A stretch of 64,000 nt of DNA from an uncultured Desulfobacterales bacterium (GTDB lineage Bacteria; Desulfobacterota; Desulfobacteria; Desulfobacterales; UBA11574), in contig CALLDL010000033.1 of NCBI GenBank assembly GCA_937998305.1, forward strand, positions 6,094 to 70,093, read 5' to 3'. A model generated the notes under the pieces. That model made no database searches. It saw nothing but the letters and a program-made list of their open reading frames with translations, and was not told where the DNA came from. Positions 46,387 through 55,209 of the stretch are shown in pieces. A program made the translations under genes and the position numbers. How positions within the stretch are numbered: the stretch's first letter is position 1; each line of letters starts with the position of its first letter.

Positions 46387-47289
46387 ATGAAAAAAGAAAT
46401 GAAAAGTAAAAAAGCCGAATCAGGTTTAAAAAAATCCAAAAAATTGGTCCTAGGTAGAGGTCTTGATGCTTTATTGCCTGATATTGAATCCATGGAAGAT
46501 ATTTCAAAGGAATATTTTACGTGTGATATCGGGCTGATTCAGCCCAATCGTTACCAGCCTCGTTTGCGATTTTCCGACAATGAACTGGAGGATATGGCCC
46601 GTTCCATTCGTCAGCAAGGCATTATACAGCCCCTTTTGGTTAGAAAAGACGACAATGGATATGAGCTTATAGCTGGTGAAAGACGCTTGCGCGCTGCTAA
46701 AAAAGCAGGATTGAAACAGGTGCCTGTGCTTGTCAAAACCATCACAGACACAGATATGCTGGAAATGTCTATTGTTGAAAATGTACAACGGTCAGATTTA
46801 AATCCCATTGAAGAGGCTGAAGCCTATTACCGGCTCATCACAGAGTTCGGTCTCACCCAGGATCAGGCTGCAGATCGCGTCGGGAAAAGCAGATCTGCTG
46901 TTGCCAATTTTATAAGACTTCGTCAGTTGCCGGAGCAAATAAAGGGCAGCATTATGGATGGAGACTTGAGTATGGGTCATGCCCGGGCCTTGCTGGGCAC
47001 TGTCACTTCAGCCCAACAAAATTCGGTATTCCGGGCGATAATTGCAAAAGGACTTTCGGTCAGGGAAACAGAACGTTTGATTAAACGTTTGAAAGCAGAA
47101 AAAGAAAAACCTAAAAAACCTATATCGAGTTCGGAACAAAGATACTTGTCAGATGTGGCCGATGATCTTTCCGGTCGCTTCGGGACCAAGGTTCAGATCA
47201 AACGTCGGGGACAAAAGGGTAGAGTTGAAATCGAATTTTTCAGCAATGACGATCTAGACCGTCTGCTAAGCTTGCTAAAGCAGATATAA
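46387..47289 (+). CDS. parB: chromosome partitioning protein ParB/Spo0J
   Basis: LGRGLDALL, ParB box GIIQPLLVRK...YELIAGERRLRAAK, and HTH region. I prefer the start at MKKEMKSKK (46387). Confidence 0.9.
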   Translation: MKKEMKSKKAESGLKKSKKLVLGRGLDALLPDIESMEDISKEYFTCDIGLIQPNRYQPRLRFSDNELEDMARSIRQQGIIQPLLVRKDDNGYELIAGERRLRAAKKAGLKQVPVLVKTITDTDMLEMSIVENVQRSDLNPIEEAEAYYRLITEFGLTQDQAADRVGKSRSAVANFIRLRQLPEQIKGSIMDGDLSMGHARALLGTVTSAQQNSVFRAIIAKGLSVRETERLIKRLKAEKEKPKKPISSSEQRYLSDVADDLSGRFGTKVQIKRRGQKGRVEIEFFSNDDLDRLLSLLKQI

Positions 47290-47810
47290 TGTCTATTCAT
47301 ATTATCATCGATGGCTACAATCTTATCCGACAGTCCAATTCACTCAGCGATCTTGACCGTCAGGATATTCAGCTGGGCCGAGAGGCACTTCTCGACATGC
47401 TTGCTGCATATCAGAGAATAAAACGTCATATGATAACCGTTGTTTTTGACGGAACCAATGCTCCTCCTTTTTCCCAGCACGAAAATCGAGTCAAAGGGAT
47501 TAAGATCAAATTTTCTCGCAGTGGTGAGTTGGCTGATTCGGTTATTAAACGGATGGCAAACCATGAAAGAGAAAAAGCCTTGGTTGTTAGCTCGGATATG
47601 GATATTGTGAATTTTGCAGCTGCCAAGGGAGCTGCTACAATTAGTTCTTCCAATTTCGAAGAAAAAATCACCATGGCGGTTTATATGGATACAAAGGGGG
47701 TAGAAAGAGAAGACGAAGTCGGGTGGGTCCCCACGACAAAAAAGAAAGGCCCCAGAAAACGACTTTCCAAAAGAAAACGTCGAAATAGGATCAAAATAAG
47801 AAAACTGTAG
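47289..47810 (+). CDS. NYN-domain (YacP-like) predicted RNase
   Basis: MSIHIIIDGYNLIRQS...VVFDG...SGELADSVI...VVSSDMDI. The ATG overlaps the parB TAA (TAATG). Confidence 0.75.
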   Translation: MSIHIIIDGYNLIRQSNSLSDLDRQDIQLGREALLDMLAAYQRIKRHMITVVFDGTNAPPFSQHENRVKGIKIKFSRSGELADSVIKRMANHEREKALVVSSDMDIVNFAAAKGAATISSSNFEEKITMAVYMDTKGVEREDEVGWVPTTKKKGPRKRLSKRKRRNRIKIRKL

Positions 47811-47843
47811 TGTACAGACACCCCACGTAATTAACAAAATATA

Positions 47844-48097
47844 ACCTGAATCTTGCACGAGTCGGAGGCTTTCATATGCAAGGCACTTAAGGGCGAAGCC
47901 ATAGTCTGTTATTGCGAGCCCTTAATAACACGGCAGATGAAAGCCTCCGGCTCGCCCTTTAGGGTGAGAATTGATGAGAAAAAAGATCATCATCCGATTT
48001 ACCATTTGGGTAAAATGTATGATGCTATGATGTTGTTAAAACCCGCTTCAATTTAGGATTATAAAGATGCTCATCAATTTTCAGGCAGGATTCAGGT
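47844..48097 (+). mobile_element. MITE-like repeat, family A copy 2
   Basis: Termini ACCTGAATCTTGC...GCAGGATTCAGGT. Collinear with 21944-22227 at high but imperfect identity by eye. The 67-aa track ORF inside it is not conserved in copy 1. Confidence 0.65.
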
Positions 48098-48209
48098 GAA
48101 ATTCGGAAAACAGTGAGACAGATCGCTGTTTTTATTGACGTTAATCCTGTTATCTGATAGCAAAAACATTTCCGAATAGTTATTGCCAAAAATTAAAAAA
48201 TAATAAGGT

Positions 48210-48668
48210 ATGAGTCATACAGATAAAAAGCCAGTTTTGCAGCGGATATGTGTCATCGACGGGCAGGGCGGAGGCATCGGAAGCGCGGTCATTAAAAAGC
48301 TAAAGGATCTTTTTGGAGAGGCCGTTGAAATTATTGCTCTTGGGACCAATGCCATTGCAACGGCTCAGATGCTGAAAGCCAAAGCTAACAGGGGTGCATC
48401 TGGAGAAAATGCCATTGTTCAGACAACAGCAAAGGTTGACATTATTATCGGAACCGTTGGAATTATCGTGGCCAATGCCATGATGGGAGAAGTTACACCC
48501 AAAATGGCAGAAGCCGTGGCCAACAGTTCGGCAAAAAAACTGCTTATACCACTTACCCAAGAAAATATTGAAATTATAGGTTTATCGCCAACTCCCCTCC
48601 CTCATCTTATCGAGACACTTTTACAGGAAAATTTAAAAAATTTCTATGATGAGGTTCAACACGTATAA
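48210..48668 (+). CDS. DUF3842-like protein
   Basis: ICVIDGQGGGIGSAVIKKLK...IIALGTNAIATAQMLKAKANRGASGENAIV resembles the DUF3842 family as I remember it. Not verified. Confidence 0.5.
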   Translation: MSHTDKKPVLQRICVIDGQGGGIGSAVIKKLKDLFGEAVEIIALGTNAIATAQMLKAKANRGASGENAIVQTTAKVDIIIGTVGIIVANAMMGEVTPKMAEAVANSSAKKLLIPLTQENIEIIGLSPTPLPHLIETLLQENLKNFYDEVQHV

Positions 48669-48688
48669 ACTGTAAATTAAAAATAAAT

Positions 48689-48761
48689 TGTAACACTTTC
48701 TCCTTTTGAAAACATTACCGCTTCCTTTGAAATCGATTTGTTTCAAAGGGCTAAACTATTA
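48689..48761. repeat. 74-bp palindromic element, family D copy 2
   Basis: TGTAACACTTTCTCCTTTTGAAAACATTACCGCTTCCTTTGAAATCGATTTGTTTCAAAGGGCTAAACTATTA. Confidence 0.7.
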
Positions 48762-48800
48762 AAATAAATTTTATTTTTAGAAATTATAAAGGAAAACATG

Positions 48801-48986
48801 ATGTGTGAAGCAAACGCATACTTAATTGAAGGAGATGAGAGAATACTGGTAATGGAAGCGGTTGATACCGTCGAACCCGAAGATGGTGGCGTACGATTGG
48901 TCAGTATTTTTGGGGATCAAAAATTTATAGATGCCCACATTCATTCATTGGCCCTCGTAGACCACCATATTTTTTTAAAAAAATAA
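48801..48986 (+). CDS. cooT: CooT-family nickel-binding protein
   Basis: MCEANAYLIEGDERILVMEAVDTVEPEDGGVRLVSIFGDQKFI... The family signature is the N-terminal Met-Cys, so I start at the second ATG (48801). Confidence 0.7.
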   Translation: MCEANAYLIEGDERILVMEAVDTVEPEDGGVRLVSIFGDQKFIDAHIHSLALVDHHIFLKK

Positions 48987-49071
48987 TATCCCCTATACGA
49001 TTTGTTTCACATGGTTTGATTGTGTGAGAAGGTTTTAAGGTAATGCGCAGCGTCGAAGCTGCATGATATAG

Positions 49072-50799
49072 ATGAAAATATTAATTGCTAAGAAGGCCGG
49101 TTTCTGCATGGGAGTACGAAGAGCCGTTGAGATGGTTCTGGATGCTCCGAATAAACACGAAAATCCGATCTGTACGTTTGGACCCCTTATCCACAATCCG
49201 CAGGTTTTAGATCTATTAAGAGAAAAAGATATATCCACATTAGAACATATACCGGAGTACGGAACAGGTACTGTTTTAATTCGTGCTCACGGCGTTCCCC
49301 CCCAAACCAAAAAGAATCTTAAAAAAGCAGGTTACAAAATTATCGATGCCACCTGTCCCCGAGTTATTAAAGTTCAGACTATCATCCGGAAACATGCCCA
49401 AAAAGGTTTTGCATCTATAATTATCGGAGACAAAGATCATCCTGAAGTCATCGGACTTTTAGGATATGCAGAGGGAAAAGGGTTTGTCGTTGACAATTTA
49501 GATGATCTTGACTCCCTTCCATCCTTTGAAAAAGCGATTATTGTTGCTCAGACCACTCAAAACACACTTTTTTTTGAGGAAATAAAAAAATGGGCAAATA
49601 ATAAATATTCCCACTATAAAATCTTTGAAACGATTTGCGATTCTACCGCAAAGCGCCAGGCTGAGGTCCAAAACCTGGCAGATTCAGCAGATGCTGTTAT
49701 TGTTGTTGGTGGACAAAACAGTGGAAATACGAAGCGGCTTGCTGAAATTTCAAAAAAGACCGGCAAACCGACATATCACGTTGAAACTGAATCGGAAATT
49801 GATGTTGACGCTCTTTCTGAAGCCAAATGTGTCGGGATTACAGCAGGGGCTTCCACGCCGAATTGGGTTATTAAAAAAATATACAGAACCCTTGAGGCCC
49901 TGCCTTATAAAAAGAAGCAAGGCTTGCAAAGGGTTATTTTTCCCATCCAGCGTGTACTGCTTCTTACCAACATCTATGTATCCATCGGCGCCGGATGTCT
50001 GTGCTATGCCTGTATCAAAATTCAGGGGATTACAAATAATTTGCATCATGTGCTTATATCCATGCTTTATGTTCTATCCATGCACATTCTCAACAATCTC
50101 ATCGGTACAAAGGCAGACAAATATAACGATCCTGACAGATCCTCCTTTTATAACAAAAATAAGATATTGCTTTCTTTTCTTGCGTTTACTGCAGGCGGCA
50201 TTGGTTTGATGACTGCCTATTCAGTGGGCTGGGTCCCTTTTTTAATCCTTTTCGTTATGAGTATAATGGGTCTTTCTTACAATCTAAGGCTTATTCCGAA
50301 ACGTTTTGAATACGATAAATACTCACGGCTTAGGGATATCCCTGGATCAAAAACGGTTCTGATTGCAATGGCATGGGGAATCGTGACTTCTGTTTTGCCT
50401 CGATTGTCTGTATCGGGAGGTATTCATCTGAATACGGCCATCATATTCTTATGGTCACTGAGCCTGGTCTTTGTCAGAACAGCATTTTTTGATATTCTTG
50501 ACATGCAGGGTGACCGCATTGTGGGTAAAGAGACGATTCCCATACTGTTAGGAGAAAAGCGAGCTTTGCGTCTTTTAAAAACGATACTGGCCATAAATTT
50601 TGGCATTTTGTTTATTTCAAGCACATTTCAACTTATATCAAGTTTAGGTTTTATACTTTTAATCTGTCCGGCTTTTGTTTTCATAATGCTTTCAGCGCAT
50701 GAGCGAGGCTATATGCTTCCCGGCATACGGTTGGAATTTCTGGTCGAAAGTAATTTTGTTGTTGCAGGTGTTATGACATTGATCTGGTCGCTGCTATAA
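49072..50799 (+). CDS. ispH: 4-hydroxy-3-methylbut-2-enyl diphosphate reductase (IspH/LytB) fused to a UbiA-type prenyltransferase-like membrane domain
   Basis: N-terminal half: MKILIAKKAGFCMGVRRAV...FGPLIHNPQV...ATCPRV...VGGQNSGNTKRL. C-terminal roughly 290 aa: multiple TM helices with Asp-rich motifs NNLIGTKADKYNDPDR and FFDILDMQGDRIVGKETIP. Confidence 0.8.
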   Translation: MKILIAKKAGFCMGVRRAVEMVLDAPNKHENPICTFGPLIHNPQVLDLLREKDISTLEHIPEYGTGTVLIRAHGVPPQTKKNLKKAGYKIIDATCPRVIKVQTIIRKHAQKGFASIIIGDKDHPEVIGLLGYAEGKGFVVDNLDDLDSLPSFEKAIIVAQTTQNTLFFEEIKKWANNKYSHYKIFETICDSTAKRQAEVQNLADSADAVIVVGGQNSGNTKRLAEISKKTGKPTYHVETESEIDVDALSEAKCVGITAGASTPNWVIKKIYRTLEALPYKKKQGLQRVIFPIQRVLLLTNIYVSIGAGCLCYACIKIQGITNNLHHVLISMLYVLSMHILNNLIGTKADKYNDPDRSSFYNKNKILLSFLAFTAGGIGLMTAYSVGWVPFLILFVMSIMGLSYNLRLIPKRFEYDKYSRLRDIPGSKTVLIAMAWGIVTSVLPRLSVSGGIHLNTAIIFLWSLSLVFVRTAFFDILDMQGDRIVGKETIPILLGEKRALRLLKTILAINFGILFISSTFQLISSLGFILLICPAFVFIMLSAHERGYMLPGIRLEFLVESNFVVAGVMTLIWSLL

Positions 50800-50813
50800 T
50801 CGGATATATTGTC

Positions 50814-51419
50814 TCATTTCCAAATGGGAGGCTCCGTGCCTGCCAGAAGCCTTTTGATGTTATCCATATGGCGAAAATAGATGATTATAGTCATTATAAC
50901 GGCACATCCAAGTATGACTTCCGAGCCGGTAGCTTTCCAGATTGCAACAGGCAAGACGGCAGCGGTGGCCAGGGAGGCGAGCGAAACACGGTTCGACCAG
51001 CAAACAAACATGATAAAAACCAGAATCAGAATTACCAGTGCAACAGGTGAAATGACGCCAAAGCATCCTGCTGCGGTTGCAACCCCTTTTCCTCCGTTTT
51101 TGAATTTCAGATAGACAGGATAAAGATGCCCCATAAAAGCTGCAAAAGCTACTAGTGCAATGTAGAGGGCACCCCATACTTCATTTGGAGTGGTCATTGA
51201 TACAGCCAACCAGACCGGGAAGGCCCCCTTTAGGATGTCGCCGGCAAGGGTCAGGACTCCGAGCCTTGGTCCTGCCATGCGCCCCACATTCGTTGCACCG
51301 ATATTTCCACTTCCCACCTGTCTGATGTTAATGGGGGTAAACAGCCGGGTCAGAATGAGTCCTATGGGAATGGAACCCAAAAGATAACTGAAAATAGGTA
51401 GCACGAGGTACTTGATCAT
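50814..51419 (-). CDS. plsY: glycerol-3-phosphate acyltransferase PlsY
   Basis: LGSIPIGLILTRLF...IRQVGSGNIGATNVGRMAG...LAGDILKG. Confidence 0.9.
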   Translation of the reverse strand: MIKYLVLPIFSYLLGSIPIGLILTRLFTPINIRQVGSGNIGATNVGRMAGPRLGVLTLAGDILKGAFPVWLAVSMTTPNEVWGALYIALVAFAAFMGHLYPVYLKFKNGGKGVATAAGCFGVISPVALVILILVFIMFVCWSNRVSLASLATAAVLPVAIWKATGSEVILGCAVIMTIIIYFRHMDNIKRLLAGTEPPIWK

Positions 51420-51568
51420 TTAACATCCATTTTGCTATTAGGTGTTGGGTATCTTGATACTATACCAGATCAACTCGAAATTTAAAGCCTAAATATTTCT
51501 GGGATCGCGGTGTTTTAATTTGCTAAATTGCTTCATAGACAACTCTTTTTTTCAAAAGCTATGATTGA

Positions 51569-51836
51569 TGTAATAGTTTAGTCTTTTGAAAACATTACCG
51601 CTTCAGGTATAATTAAATTTTTGCTGAAAGAACTCGTGAACAAAGGAACGTAATGAAAGAACCTGCCCGGACTATTCATAAAGGTCTCTGCTTTAACAGC
51701 GGCTCCATCCATAAAGTTAAATCGCCTATGGTTCTTTCAAAACGATCCCTAATTCACTCAGAAAGCTTCCAGCCAAAAATTTAATCATACCTGAAGCTCC
51801 TTTGAAATCGTTTGTTTCAAAGGACTAAAGTGTTAC
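51569..51836. repeat. family D element copy 3, split by a MITE insertion
   Basis: Left part: TGTAATAGTTTAGTCTTTTGAAAACATTACCGCTTC. Right part: CTCCTTTGAAATCGTTTGTTTCAAAGGACTAAAGTGTTAC. The two are separated by about 195 bp. Confidence 0.65.
51601..51796. mobile_element. MITE of about 196 bp with 23-bp terminal inverted repeats, nested in a family D element
   Basis: CTTCAGGTATAATTAAATTTTTG (51601-51623) versus CAAAAATTTAATCATACCTGAAG (51774-51796). 22 of 23 positions are complementary. Confidence 0.65.
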
Positions 51837-51849
51837 GAATTTATTAAGT

Positions 51850-52119
51850 ATGAAACCTGTAAAAATACCCATAGAAGATGTTTTAGATCTTCATACCTTT
51901 AAACCCAAAGAGATGCCGGATCTTCTTGCAGATTATTTTGCCGCCTGTATTGAAGAGGGAATATATTCAGTACGAATTATTCATGGAAAGGGCCGGGGAA
52001 TACTGAGGGATCGCGTTCGAAGGCTTTTGAAAAAAAATCCAATGGTGGCATCATTTAGCAATGCTCCTCTCGAAGCCGGTGGTTGGGGAGCGACCCTTGT
52101 TGAACTTAGACATAAATAA
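51850..52119 (+). CDS. Smr-domain protein
   Basis: LDLHTFKPKEMPDLLADYFAACIEEGIYSVRIIHGKGRGILRDRVRRLLKKNPMVASF. Confidence 0.8.
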   Translation: MKPVKIPIEDVLDLHTFKPKEMPDLLADYFAACIEEGIYSVRIIHGKGRGILRDRVRRLLKKNPMVASFSNAPLEAGGWGATLVELRHK

Positions 52120-52150
52120 TGAAACGATTTATGTTGTCAGAGGCAAAGGG

Positions 52151-52400
52151 CTAACTATTGTCCATCCATAAATGGTCTTTTTGTCCAATCTCTGCGCTTG
52201 CCCTGTGAAATGCAGAGCCTATTTCTCTGGGGTTATGCTCAAAAAATAATCCTCGGAATATTAAACATATGCCTGCCTGTCCCGATAGATTTTCCATCGG
52301 GGCGGTTATTTTTTTCGAATGCCCCTCCGGGGCGTAGGCCCTACGGGCCGGAGGCTTGATCTTGAACAAAAATCCTAATTTATGGATTGACACTAACTAT
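52151..52400 (+). mobile_element. MITE family B copy 1 (234-bp core 52159-52392 flanked by 8-bp direct repeat CTAACTAT)
   Basis: TIRs TGTCCATCCATAAAT... and ...ATTTATGGATTGACA. Identical CTAACTAT at 52151-52158 and 52393-52400. Internal GC-rich palindrome CCTCCGGGGCGTAGGCCCTACGGGCCGGAGG. Confidence 0.8.
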
Positions 52401-52671
52401 ATATTTTTTCTTGCAGTTTTTCCTGTTACCTGAATTTCCTAATGTGTAACAAATGTAACAGAAATTGTGATATTCATTTCACAATTTTTAAAGTTGTTGC
52501 TTTTTAATATTTGCTAACTAATTGAAATGTATGGGACTAAAAAAAATGATTTTTCCTGCATGATTTTTGCATAATGACAGTAAACAATTTTGAAAAACGC
52601 ATTTATAAGCAAGCCGAATCTTTTGCTTGCTAAATATCTATAGAAAGATTCGAAAATAATCTGTATTTATC

Positions 52672-52824
52672 ATGATTCAAATTTTGCCCGATAACGGAGG
52701 CCGGCGGTCAGGTACGGATAGACGGGAGTTTAGTTATACTTCTCACATACCCGAACGGAGATCTGGCAAAGAAAGAAGAAGTGGTTCAGATCGAAGGCAA
52801 AAACCAAGAACATACAAAAAATAA
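52672..52824 (+). CDS. possible 50-aa Arg-rich peptide with three RRSG-type repeats (below ORF-track cutoff)
   Basis: My translation: MIQILPDNGGRRSGTDRREFSYTSHIPERRSGKERRSGSDRRQKPRTYKK. Two hairpins follow, including a strong terminator. No obvious SD. Confidence 0.35.
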   Translation: MIQILPDNGGRRSGTDRREFSYTSHIPERRSGKERRSGSDRRQKPRTYKK

Positions 52825-52899
52825 AGATAGTTAGAACATAAATTTAAAGTTAAAAAAGCAGCGCCGGTAATGGCGCAAACCCTTATATTAAAGACGCTA

Positions 52900-52940
52900 A
52901 AAGCAAATCCCGCCAAAAAAATGGCGGGATTTGCTTTTAG
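52900..52940 (+). terminator. strong rho-independent terminator (bidirectional shape)
   Basis: AAAGCAAATCCCGCC-aaaaaaat-GGCGGGATTTGCTTTT. Confidence 0.7.
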
Positions 52941-53063
52941 GCTGTTCAGCTATCCACTCCCGTTCAAATTTGTCTTTTACAGATTTCAAGAGTTCTCAAG
53001 TAAGAACTGTTTCCATTAGATGATTAATGTAACAGGTTGACAATTTGAGCAAACCATGGGTGT

Positions 53064-53597
53064 CTATCGCTCGATTCCGGTTCGCGCTTTAACCCCCCGG
53101 TTATAATAATGTTTGATTTCTTTTACATCACTGACCAGATCGGCCATTTCTAAAAACGCTTCAGGAGCACGACGACCGGTCAAAATAAATTCGACATTTT
53201 TCGGCCGTTCATTAAGGAGTTCGAGCACGTCTTCGGTTGTAATTAAATCAAACCATACCGCAACGTTAATTTCATCGAGAATGATGATGTCGTATCGATG
53301 GGAATGCATCGCTTTCCGTGCTTGTTTAATGCCTTGTTGTGCCTGGTCGATATGTTTTTGCGTTATTTCTTCTCGATGAACACATTCTACATCTCCATAT
53401 TGTTCAATGGTAATACAGGGGTGGTCACGCAGCGCTGTCAATTCACCATAGTGCTGGCCCTTCATGAACTGACCGATATAGGTTTTCATTCCATACCCGG
53501 CAGCTCGTATGGCCAAACCTATAGCTGCGGTTGTTTTGCCTTTTCCATTACCGGTGTATATTTGAATACATCCTTTATTGTGTGTCTGTCGGTCCAT
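53064..53597 (-). CDS. cobO: cob(I)yrinic acid a,c-diamide adenosyltransferase (CobO/BtuR type)
   Basis: GCIQIYTGNGKGKTTAAIGLAIRAAGYG...YDIIILDEINVA...ILTGRRAP. A start at MDRQTH (53597) avoids overlap with the upstream gene. Confidence 0.85.
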   Translation of the reverse strand: MDRQTHNKGCIQIYTGNGKGKTTAAIGLAIRAAGYGMKTYIGQFMKGQHYGELTALRDHPCITIEQYGDVECVHREEITQKHIDQAQQGIKQARKAMHSHRYDIIILDEINVAVWFDLITTEDVLELLNERPKNVEFILTGRRAPEAFLEMADLVSDVKEIKHYYNRGVKARTGIER

Positions 53598-53611
53598 TTT
53601 TAGAATGTTTT

Positions 53612-54952
53612 TTATATTTTTTTTAGCAACTGATTGGCTGCCGTCAATGTTGGATCCCATGTGGGTCCAAAAGGTGGGGCATATGCCAGATCGGTTTGAC
53701 AGTAATCTTTAACAGTCATTTGGTTATGAAGTGCAACGGCAACGGCATTGATCCGATGGGCGACGCCTTCCTTACCCACCATCTGGATGCCTAAAAGACG
53801 TCCGGTTTTTGTATCACCAACCATATGAACATGAATCTTTGAAGCACCGGGATGAGCATGGGCCCGGGACCGGGTTTTGATCGTCACTTTTACAGGGCTG
53901 AAACCAAAAAATTTGGCTTCGTCCACGGTCAATCCAGTTCGCGCCACTTCTAGATCGAATACTTTAAAAACTGCTGTGCCTGCGATACCTGGAAGCTCTA
54001 TCAATTTTCCGCAAACATTATCTGCAACCGCCCAACCGGCCCGGTTGGCCCTTAAGGCCAAAGGTATCCATGTTTTTTCTCCTGTGACCACGTGATATGC
54101 ATCGGCACAGTCGCCGGCGGCATAGATGTTTTCGTTCGAAGTCTGAAGTTTTTTGTTCACGGCAATGGCGTTCTTTACGCCGGGATCAAGACCTGCCTGA
54201 GCGGCCAGTTCACTGTTCGGTTTTATTCCAATGGCGACTAGCACCATATCTGCCTCAAGTACAAGATCCGAACATATGACCTTTAACCGTTCATTTTCAA
54301 CATCGATTTTTTCAATAGTGTGCCCCAGGTATAATTTTATTTGATGGGCTTCCGTTTCATTTTTTACAACATCGGCGAGTTCTTTTTCCATCCACGGCAG
54401 AAACACCGGTCGGGGTTTGACCATATCGACGTCAATGGATCGGGCCCTGAGGGCTTCACACATTTCAAGAGCGATATAGCCCATACCAATGATAACGACT
54501 TTTTTAACATAATTGGATTGGATATATGCTTTTATTTTTCTCCCGTCATCCAGACTTTTTAGTGCCATCACCCCCGGAAGATCAAAACCCACCAGATTCG
54601 GGATGATCGGAGCGCCTCCGGTTGCAATCAGCAATTTATCATAGGGAACGTCAAAGGTTTTGCCCCGCAAAGATGTTCCGGAAACAGTTCTGCCGACTGG
54701 GTCAATGGATTCAACACGATGCCCGGTCAACAGATTGATGTCCTGTTTTTCCCTGAATACATGGGCCTGTCGAACCACAAGGTCTTCGATCTCCCTTTCC
54801 GGATCCGCAATATTATACGGCATGCCGCAAGCGCTGTAGGAAACATCCATGGTCCTTTCCAGCACCGTGACATCGAGATCCGGATTATTTCTCTTCGCTC
54901 TACTTGCAGCACTCATACCGGCAGCGTCACCGCCGATAATTACAAATTTCAT
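53612..54952 (-). CDS. FAD-dependent pyridine nucleotide-disulfide oxidoreductase (NADH oxidase / CoA-disulfide reductase family)
   Basis: MKFVIIGGDAAGMSAASRAKR. Redox Cys context SYSACGMPY. Second dinucleotide fold VVIIGMGYIALE. Confidence 0.8.
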   Translation of the reverse strand: MKFVIIGGDAAGMSAASRAKRNNPDLDVTVLERTMDVSYSACGMPYNIADPEREIEDLVVRQAHVFREKQDINLLTGHRVESIDPVGRTVSGTSLRGKTFDVPYDKLLIATGGAPIIPNLVGFDLPGVMALKSLDDGRKIKAYIQSNYVKKVVIIGMGYIALEMCEALRARSIDVDMVKPRPVFLPWMEKELADVVKNETEAHQIKLYLGHTIEKIDVENERLKVICSDLVLEADMVLVAIGIKPNSELAAQAGLDPGVKNAIAVNKKLQTSNENIYAAGDCADAYHVVTGEKTWIPLALRANRAGWAVADNVCGKLIELPGIAGTAVFKVFDLEVARTGLTVDEAKFFGFSPVKVTIKTRSRAHAHPGASKIHVHMVGDTKTGRLLGIQMVGKEGVAHRINAVAVALHNQMTVKDYCQTDLAYAPPFGPTWDPTLTAANQLLKKI

Positions 54953-55209
54953 AAAACCCTCTTAATTGAACATACCGATTCATTGATTGAGCCGAAAATT
55001 GTCACCGATAATTAAGCACATTCTAATCACAAAAGCAGCAATTGTCCAATAAACTCTTCAACCATTCACCTTATCATAAAATGATCAACCATATAAATAT
55101 GGGTGCGACACTTGAGTCATCAGTTTGAACCCATATAAAGGTTTATGTTTTCATAAGTAACTTGACATAAAGGATTTTTAACCATAGATTTGCCTGGTAA
55201 ATTATTAAA

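Noticed and set aside
47340-47858. 172-aa minus-strand ORF
   Set aside because: It is antisense to the NYN-domain gene, which has conserved motifs and is start-coupled to parB.
47853-48056. 67-aa ORF (MHESEAFICKALKGEAIV...)
   Set aside because: It lies entirely within MITE family A copy 2. The homologous copy 1 does not keep the frame open. No RBS is present.
52151-52393. 80-aa minus-strand ORF (MSIHKLGFLFKIKPPARRAYAPEG...)
   Set aside because: It lies entirely within MITE family B copy 1. It is a by-product of the GC-rich palindrome.
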